A stretch of DNA of 64,000 nucleotides, from contig DATCZS010000023.1 of the NCBI GenBank assembly GCA_036525795.1, positions 11,596-75,595 of the forward strand, read 5' to 3'. Under the pieces are notes generated by a model. The model was not told the DNA's origin. It searched no databases and worked only from the letters and a program-made list of their open reading frames with translations. This DNA comes from Acidimicrobiia bacterium. GTDB taxonomy: Bacteria; Actinomycetota; Acidimicrobiia; Spongiisociales; ZC4RG35. Positions 55,851 to 64,000 of the stretch are shown one piece after another (positions within the stretch are counted from its first letter, which is position 1; every line of letters starts with the position of its first letter). The position numbers and the translations under genes are program-made.

Positions 55851-57161
55851 TCAGAGCACCCGGGCCGCCATCTCCGCCAGCGGACTGCGGATGGACCGTT
55901 CCAGGATCACGTGCCCGAACAACGCCGATCCCCGGAACTTCTCGATGAGGGCCGCCATCCCGCCGTAGGGCGAAATGTACGGATTGTCGACCTGGGTCAG
56001 ATCCCCACAGAACACGACCTTGGAGTCTTTGCCCAGGCGGGTCATGATCACCTTGAGTGTGGAGAGCTCGAGATTCTGTGCTTCGTCGATGATGACGTAT
56101 TCACCGGTGATCGACCGCCCTCGCAGATATGTCACGGCCGCAAGCTCGAGTTCGTCGCGCTCGAGCAACTCCTCGATGGCGTCCCGGGCGCCGTCGACCC
56201 CGGCGTCGCTGAACAGGGCGTGGAGGTTGTCGTACACGGCCGCCATCCACGGCGAGAGCTTCTCGTCGAGGTCTCCGGGCAGATACCCCATCTCCTGACG
56301 GCCGACCGCCACCATCGGCCGGTACACCGAGACCTTGCGATAGCGGCCCTGCTCGAGCACCTGCTCGAGGGCGGCGGCGAGGGCGAGAAAGGTCTTCCCC
56401 GAACCGGCGGTTCCCATCAGCGACACCGCCGGGATGTCCGGGTCGAGCAGGTGGTGAAGCGCCACCGTCTGGCGGACGTTCTTGGGCTCGACGCCGAATG
56501 CGCGGGGGCCGTTGGACACCCGCTCCACCACCACCTGTGGTTCGGACTCGATCACCCGCGCCAGCGCCGACCGGGACACTCCCGAGCGGAGCACGAGAAA
56601 CTCGTTGGTGACGGCGTTGGACTCCTCGACGACGACCTTCTCCTCATCGAACAGCCGGTCGATGAGGGACCCGTCGACCGCCACCTCCCTGACGCCGGTC
56701 GCCAACTCGTCGACCCGGACGGTATCTCCGCGGTAGTCCTGAACCTCCACGCCGAGCTGCGCTCCCTTGATCCGCAATGCCGCGTCCTTGGTCACGAGCA
56801 CGGGATCGAGTCCGGCATCGGCCATCGTGAGACACGACGCGAGAATCCGATGATCGGGAGTGACGGGATCGAGCACGGACGGAAGCCGGTCAGACAGCAC
56901 TCCGTTGAGCTCGATCCGGATCGTGCCGCCGGAGGGGAGCGGTGCGGGCCGGCTGAGACCTCCTGGCCGGCTGGCTCCCACCTGCTCCAACAGCCGGATC
57001 GCCGACCTGGCGTTGGACCCGACCTCGTCCATCCGCGTCTTCATCCGATCGAGTTCTTCGACCACGACGAGCGGGAGGACGACGTCGTGCTCGTCGAACC
57101 TCAGAAGGGAGTTGGGATCGGCGAGGAGCACGCAGGTATCCAAGACGTAGTGACGAGCCAC
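55851..57161 (-). CDS. PhoH2-type protein: N-terminal PIN domain fused to a PhoH-like ATPase
   Basis: GTG start (VARHYVLDTCVLL) 9 nt after an AAGGAG SD. PIN acidic residues, and Walker A GTAGSGKT. Confidence 0.75.
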   Translation of the reverse strand: MARHYVLDTCVLLADPNSLLRFDEHDVVLPLVVVEELDRMKTRMDEVGSNARSAIRLLEQVGASRPGGLSRPAPLPSGGTIRIELNGVLSDRLPSVLDPVTPDHRILASCLTMADAGLDPVLVTKDAALRIKGAQLGVEVQDYRGDTVRVDELATGVREVAVDGSLIDRLFDEEKVVVEESNAVTNEFLVLRSGVSRSALARVIESEPQVVVERVSNGPRAFGVEPKNVRQTVALHHLLDPDIPAVSLMGTAGSGKTFLALAAALEQVLEQGRYRKVSVYRPMVAVGRQEMGYLPGDLDEKLSPWMAAVYDNLHALFSDAGVDGARDAIEELLERDELELAAVTYLRGRSITGEYVIIDEAQNLELSTLKVIMTRLGKDSKVVFCGDLTQVDNPYISPYGGMAALIEKFRGSALFGHVILERSIRSPLAEMAARVL

Positions 57162-57436
57162 CGGATTCGACTCCTTGGTTGCGACAGCGCACCGCAATCG
57201 TCGCCACTCAGCGCGCGAAAACCAAGGATCCTCCCCTTGCGGCCAATCGGCCTCGGCGCGGCCGTCGATCGACTCTGGCGTCCACACGACACGGGCGCGA
57301 CGGTGGATCGAGCGGACCCGTGGAACATTCGAGCACATCCTCATCCCGCGGTTCGACCCGGGGTCGGGACGGCACCGGAGCGATCGGCCCTGCCTCGGCC
57401 GAGCCCGGCCGATGGCCGCTCGTGGCAGCAGTGCTG

Positions 57437-59047
57437 ATGGCCGGCCTCGGCTGGATGATCGCGCCGGAACCCTGGCCGGAGGGCGAGGGGACGTTGACGA
57501 TCGAGGTGAACGGGTCGGTCGTCCTGCGCCAAGACGTCTCGATCGGCGATGACGAACCGGCCGAGATCACCGCGGGCGAGGTCGTCGTCGTCCTCCCCTC
57601 CGGCGTGCCGTCCGACGCTCCCGTCGAGGTCGTGGTCAGCGCTCCTGGAGCGGCTGGCGGAACGGTCGAGTCATTCCTGACCTTGGCCGACGGGCGCCGC
57701 GAGCGGATTCCTGCGCTCCGCCACGACGAGGAGTCGTTCACGGCCATGCGCCGCCCGCCGGTCTCCTCGAAGCCGACCCTGGCACTGCTCGGTGCCGTCG
57801 TCGTGCTGTGGGTGACCGAGGCGCTCCCCCTCTTCGTCACCTCGCTGTCCATCCCGGTGATCATCGTGCTCACCGGCGCCGGCACCGCCGGCGACGCCCT
57901 CGCCCCCTACTTCCATCCGATCATCGCCCTGTTCTTCGGTGGCTTCCTCATGGCGGAGGCCATGAAGAGGGTGGGACTCGATCACCTCGCCGCCATCTCG
58001 CTGGTGACTCTGGCGGGGCGAAGTCCTGCATCGCTCATCATGGGGATGATGGGCGTCTCGGCATTCCTGTCGATGTGGATGTCGAACACGGCGGCCGCCG
58101 CGGTGCTCGTGCCGATCGCGCTCGGGGTGACCGCACCCATCGCCCATCCCGGATACCGGCGGGTGGCGGTACTCGGAATCGCATACGCCGCGACCCTCGG
58201 AGGTGTCGGCAGCGCCATCGGCACGCCCGCCAACCCCCTGGCCATCGAGTTCCTCGAGGCGTTCGCCGGGCGCTCGATCTCGTTCGTCGAGTGGTTCGGC
58301 TACGGGCTCCCGCTGGTCGTCGTCTTCCTTCCGCTCATGGCCGGCTATCTGTGGTGGCGCATGGGGGTGTCGATCGATCGAGCAGACTTCGACCGCGTTC
58401 GAGACGCAGCCCGGGAAGAACTCCATCGAGCCGGCCGCCTCACCCGACCGCAGCTCACCGTGCTCGCCGTGTTCGTGGGCGTGATGCTCGTGTGGCTCAC
58501 CCAGACATGGCACGGGCTCGACACCGGGATCGTGGCCCTGGCCGGTGCCGTCGCGCTCGCCGCCCTGCGCAAGGTGCTCCCCGAGGACCTCGGGCGTATC
58601 TCGTGGGCGGCGCTCCTCACATTCGGCGGAGGCTTGACACTCGGCGTGTTTCTCACCCGGACCGGCACCTCGGACTGGCTCGCCACCCGCTTGGCGGGCC
58701 TCGGGGGCCTGCCGCCGTCGATCGGCGTGGCGGCGGTTGCGGTGGTCGCACTCTCGTTGACGACGGTCGCCTCGAACACGGCCACGGCGGCCATGATGAT
58801 TCCTCTCGCCATCCCCCTGGCGGGCATCCTCGGGGTCTCCCCCACCCTGCTGGTGGTGGTGGTGGCGGTGGCCTCGTCGATCGACTTCGCCCTCGTCGTC
58901 GGCACTCCACCGACGATGATCGCCTACTCGACCGGTCTGTTCACCACCAGGGAGATCTTCCGCACCGGGATCGCGCTCGACCTCGCCGGAATCGGCCTCC
59001 TCATGACGGCAGCGATCGGCATCTGGCGGCTGCTGGGCCTGGTCTGA
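57437..59047 (+). CDS. DASS/SLC13-family anion:cation symporter with a ~100-aa N-terminal soluble extension
   Basis: SNTAAAA and SNTATAA hairpin motifs, 10+ TM segments. Start is uncertain: ATG at 57437 includes the extension, while ATG at 57746 (MRRPPVSSKPTLALLG) gives the transporter core only. Confidence 0.65.
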   Translation: MAGLGWMIAPEPWPEGEGTLTIEVNGSVVLRQDVSIGDDEPAEITAGEVVVVLPSGVPSDAPVEVVVSAPGAAGGTVESFLTLADGRRERIPALRHDEESFTAMRRPPVSSKPTLALLGAVVVLWVTEALPLFVTSLSIPVIIVLTGAGTAGDALAPYFHPIIALFFGGFLMAEAMKRVGLDHLAAISLVTLAGRSPASLIMGMMGVSAFLSMWMSNTAAAAVLVPIALGVTAPIAHPGYRRVAVLGIAYAATLGGVGSAIGTPANPLAIEFLEAFAGRSISFVEWFGYGLPLVVVFLPLMAGYLWWRMGVSIDRADFDRVRDAAREELHRAGRLTRPQLTVLAVFVGVMLVWLTQTWHGLDTGIVALAGAVALAALRKVLPEDLGRISWAALLTFGGGLTLGVFLTRTGTSDWLATRLAGLGGLPPSIGVAAVAVVALSLTTVASNTATAAMMIPLAIPLAGILGVSPTLLVVVVAVASSIDFALVVGTPPTMIAYSTGLFTTREIFRTGIALDLAGIGLLMTAAIGIWRLLGLV

Positions 59048-59134
59048 TCGGGGCGCCTCCATCGCCTGATGGGTGCAGGCGCCGGCCTCGGTTTCCCGGT
59101 CGTGGGCCACCGGCCCACCTGCCGGACGTCGTTC

Positions 59135-59479
59135 TCAGTGCCCCCGACCGACCGCTGCATTGACCACGAGCTGGGCCTTCGTCAACCCTTCCAGGAGCCG
59201 CGCATAGAGGGGCAGCCGTGCCGGGGCACAGCATCCGACCTGGAGGCGGCCGACCTGGGCGCCGGCATCCTCGAGCCGGCCCAGAGCCTCGTCGACGATG
59301 CCCGGATCGGCAACGATCCCCTCGATCGTCGACCGGGCCGACGCCACCGTGGCCCCCAGCGCCGCCATCGACGGGCTTCGGCCCGGCTCACAGCACAGCG
59401 CGTCGAGCTTGGCGAGCGCCTCCCGGCAGTCGTCGAGCGCGTCGAAGGCACCCTGTAGATCCGACATGGGTGCCAGCAT
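59135..59479 (-). CDS. Small hypothetical protein with two Cys-Cys dyads
   Basis: Internal start MLAPMSDLQG. LCCEPG and GCCAPA motifs. Helical prediction. Confidence 0.3.
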   Translation of the reverse strand: MLAPMSDLQGAFDALDDCREALAKLDALCCEPGRSPSMAALGATVASARSTIEGIVADPGIVDEALGRLEDAGAQVGRLQVGCCAPARLPLYARLLEGLTKAQLVVNAAVGRGH

Positions 59480-59642
59480 ATCGGCCTCCCTCGCACGACC
59501 GCCGACGGATCCACGGGGGCTCGAACGCCCTGCCCCCCGGACGTCCGTCGGCTCGAGGCGGAGCGGGCGGCCGGTGCCGACCATCGGTCCGGGGGCGGGA
59601 GCCTCCCGAAGGCCGCTGCAACTCGATACGGGCCGGCTCAGG

Positions 59643-60218
59643 TCACCGCGTGAAGACGCTGACGAATTGGGGGCTCGACAACAGGTTGAATTCCGAATGG
59701 CGGTGGACGAAGCCCCTCGGCTCGGCGATCCGGCGAACCCGGGCAGGCCACAGCCACTGGCAGTGCACGGTGGTCGCCTTGAACGGGTTCCCGAAGAGGA
59801 TCAGCGCCGTGGGGATCGCCCAGACGCCCTTGATCGGCTCCGCCGGGTAGATGAACACCGCCTTCCCACCAGGCCGGAGCACCCGGGCCATCTCGTCGAA
59901 AGCCCCCTCGATGTCGGGTATGTGCTCGATGGCATGCACGGAGACGATCTTGTCGAACGAGTCGTCCTCGAATGCCAGATCCTCGCCGACCATGTGCAGG
60001 ACGCCGTCGCTCACGGCGACCTCGGCCGCCCGAGGATTGGCGTCGATGCCAACCGCGTCCACCCCCCAATCGCGCAGCCGCTTTGTGAGGTGGCCCCTCC
60101 CCGCACCGACCTCGAGCACCCGCTCCCCCGGCTGGGGATCGAGATGCCGGCGCACCGTCATCTCGTGTCGCGTATCCCATCGATTGAGCATTGCGTAGCG
60201 AGTGGAGTCGTAGCTCAT
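59643..60218 (-). CDS. Class I SAM-dependent methyltransferase
   Basis: Motif I VLEVGAGRG and an acidic motif II. Start MSYDSTRYAM overlaps the upstream stop. Confidence 0.7.
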   Translation of the reverse strand: MSYDSTRYAMLNRWDTRHEMTVRRHLDPQPGERVLEVGAGRGHLTKRLRDWGVDAVGIDANPRAAEVAVSDGVLHMVGEDLAFEDDSFDKIVSVHAIEHIPDIEGAFDEMARVLRPGGKAVFIYPAEPIKGVWAIPTALILFGNPFKATTVHCQWLWPARVRRIAEPRGFVHRHSEFNLLSSPQFVSVFTR

Positions 60219-61471
60219 GTGTGATTCCCCAGGGGGGAGACGGAGAAGTCTGCCAGAACGGGACCGGTTGGGGAGAAGACGACATGGCTCACTGCCGCAT
60301 TGTGGGGCGTGGACAGACCGTCGTTGATGCCGGAGCCCCGCTCTGTCACCCACGCCACGACGGCCTTGATGGCCGCGCCGTGCGAGACCGCCACCGTTCG
60401 CTGGCCCGGATCGACCTCCAGGGTCGAGAGAAACGCCCCCAGCCGATCGACCAGCATGGCGAACGACTCACCCGTGCGCCCCCTCCGCAGGTCCTGCCCC
60501 TCGACGAACACCTGATGGGCCAGCGGATCGCCGGATCGCTGGATCAGATCCTCGTAGATCAGGCCCTCCCAGTCCCCGAATCCCATCTCCATGAGGGCAT
60601 CGAATCGCTCGATCGCCGATTCGCCCGCCAGCACCCGGGCGGTCTCGAAGGCCCGGGCGGTGGGCGAGCTGATGACGCGGTCGACCGACCCGTACCAGCG
60701 CATGAACGCCTCGGCCTGCCGGATGCCCTCCTCGGAGAGACCCCAGCACGAATGCCCCTGAATCCGGTGCTCCTGATTGGCGGCGGTCACTCCATGCCGG
60801 ACCAGGGCGAGGACGGGCCTGCCCTCGGAGCGCATCCGGCCGAGGAATCCGGCGTCGTGACCGAGGTGGGCGGCGTCGTTGAAGGTCTGGATCCGCATCG
60901 CGTCCGGATCGCGCCAGGCCGGGGTGGTCGTGAAGGTGGTGAGGGCGGTGTTGGTGGCGATCGGGAACGTGCGCCTCGCCCGCACGCGTCCCAGGGCGCG
61001 GCCGACGAGCACGTCGACGACGCCTCCGTGGGTCACCACCAGGGCCCGCCCGCTGCCGTCCATGCGTTCGACCAGGCGATCGAAGGCCGCGAAGATCCGG
61101 CGCTCGAACTCGGGGATCGTCTCGCCCGTCGCGCCGAACCGCACCTCTTCGCCGTTCCGAATGGCCTCGAACAGGTCGGGCCGCTCCCGGGTGACGCCCT
61201 CGAACGAGCGGTTCTCCCACTCCCCCAGATCCATCTCTCGCCACGCCGCATCGAATTCCGGATCGGAGGCCACCGCGTGGGCGGTCTGGCCGGCCCGGTC
61301 CAGATCGGAGGAGACGACCACCTCGAAGGTCTCGCCCCGGAGCCTCTCGCCCAACGCCGCAGCCTGGAGCCTCCCTCCCGCCGACAGCGGCGAGTTCACC
61401 TGGCCCTGCCACAGGTTCGCCTCGTTCCCCTCGGAGCGGGCGTGACGAACGATGGTGATCTCGAGGGACAC
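60215..61471 (-). CDS. Histidine phosphatase-family protein with two tandem PGAM-like domains
   Basis: Two RHG motifs: RHARSEGN at the N-terminus and RHGVTAAN mid-protein, each followed by a catalytic His region. Confidence 0.7.
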   Translation of the reverse strand: MSLEITIVRHARSEGNEANLWQGQVNSPLSAGGRLQAAALGERLRGETFEVVVSSDLDRAGQTAHAVASDPEFDAAWREMDLGEWENRSFEGVTRERPDLFEAIRNGEEVRFGATGETIPEFERRIFAAFDRLVERMDGSGRALVVTHGGVVDVLVGRALGRVRARRTFPIATNTALTTFTTTPAWRDPDAMRIQTFNDAAHLGHDAGFLGRMRSEGRPVLALVRHGVTAANQEHRIQGHSCWGLSEEGIRQAEAFMRWYGSVDRVISSPTARAFETARVLAGESAIERFDALMEMGFGDWEGLIYEDLIQRSGDPLAHQVFVEGQDLRRGRTGESFAMLVDRLGAFLSTLEVDPGQRTVAVSHGAAIKAVVAWVTERGSGINDGLSTPHNAAVSHVVFSPTGPVLADFSVSPLGNHT

Positions 61472-61616
61472 GGCGATCAGGCGAGGGCTCGTTGGGAATC
61501 GGCGGTCGAGGGGCAGGAGTGGTCGCAGGCGGCGTGACGGCCACCGTGTCCCGGCATGCCGGGGCCGGTTGGCTGATCGCTCATGGCCGATCGCTGCCTC
61601 CGGGCGGGCACTGCGA

Positions 61617-63686
<2,070 letters not shown>

Positions 63687-63777
63687 CGCGGTCTTTCTCC
63701 CGGAGACGCTTGGAACTCGGGCGAGTATATGGCGCCGCCCCCTCCCCGCATAGTCGGGGACGCCACCTCGAGGTCGG

Positions 63778-63999
63778 TCAGAACAGATAGCCGCGTCGTT
63801 CCCTGCCGCGCCGCCGGACGACGAAGACGATGCGAGAGACACCGGTGAGCGCAACGACGAGAACGCCCAACTCCCACAGCCAGGCCTGGAGCCGGGCCAT
63901 GAACCGGTCGACGGCGGTGACCTCGTAGATGACCGGATCCCCCAGGTTGAGATCGAGCGCGATGAGGGCTTCGACCCCCGCCCGCCCTGACATCACCAC
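63778..63999 (-). CDS. Hypothetical protein, C-terminal fragment; the 5' end lies beyond the window
   Basis: Open frame running off the right edge. Hydrophobic segment LGVLVVALTGV. No domain assignment. Confidence 0.25.
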   Translation of the reverse strand: MVMSGRAGVEALIALDLNLGDPVIYEVTAVDRFMARLQAWLWELGVLVVALTGVSRIVFVVRRRGRERRGYLF

Positions 64000-64000
64000 C

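Noticed and set aside
61549-61565. Palindrome cccggcatgccggg as a rho-independent terminator of hppA.
   Set aside because: It has no U-tract on the transcribed strand and only a 2-nt loop. It is kept only as a note inside a finding.

Overview
This is a high-GC (~70%) actinobacterial-type chromosomal window carrying mostly conserved housekeeping genes in an order reminiscent of the mycobacterial Rv3580c–Rv3646c region. Left to right: the 3' end of a cytochrome c gene; a tRNA-Thr(TGT) locus with an att-like ~130-bp duplication bracketing a ~1-kb lipoprotein cassette; rlmB-cysS-ispF-carD-disA-radA; a zinc-ribbon/discoidin membrane protein; a P450 plus a BMP-family nucleoside ABC importer (lipoprotein, ATPase, two permeases) next to a DUF2419/Qng1-like candidate queuosine-salvage gene; an ABC-2 exporter pair; clpC; a polyprenyl synthase; an unusual REC–(degenerate GGDEF)–REC regulator; lysS-coaX-panC-DUF2520; a HAD hydrolase; a folate operon (folE-folP-X-folB-folK) downstream of ftsH, in which folK is fused to a PEMT/ICMT-like membrane methyltransferase domain; hpt-tilS-Zn-metalloprotease; rsrA-sigH-like pair; tRNA-Thr(CGT) followed by a GACGTGY microsatellite; holB-tmk; an MFS transporter; topA; an SDR; DUF385; MBL hydrolase; amt-glnK-glnD; an F420/terpene-like catabolic cluster (PNPOx, AtuA, crotonase, LLM oxidoreductase, a/b hydrolase); PhoH2; a DASS transporter; a methyltransferase; a tandem histidine phosphatase; and the H+-pyrophosphatase hppA. 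There is no CRISPR array, transposase or integrase. Many long antisense ORFs in the six-frame track are high-GC artefacts. CDS starts were re-derived where the track ORF clearly over-extends, using overlap with the upstream stop, SD-like motifs and the conserved N-terminus. Three starts (ATPase at 14110, MFS at 41607, DASS at 57437) are uncertain.
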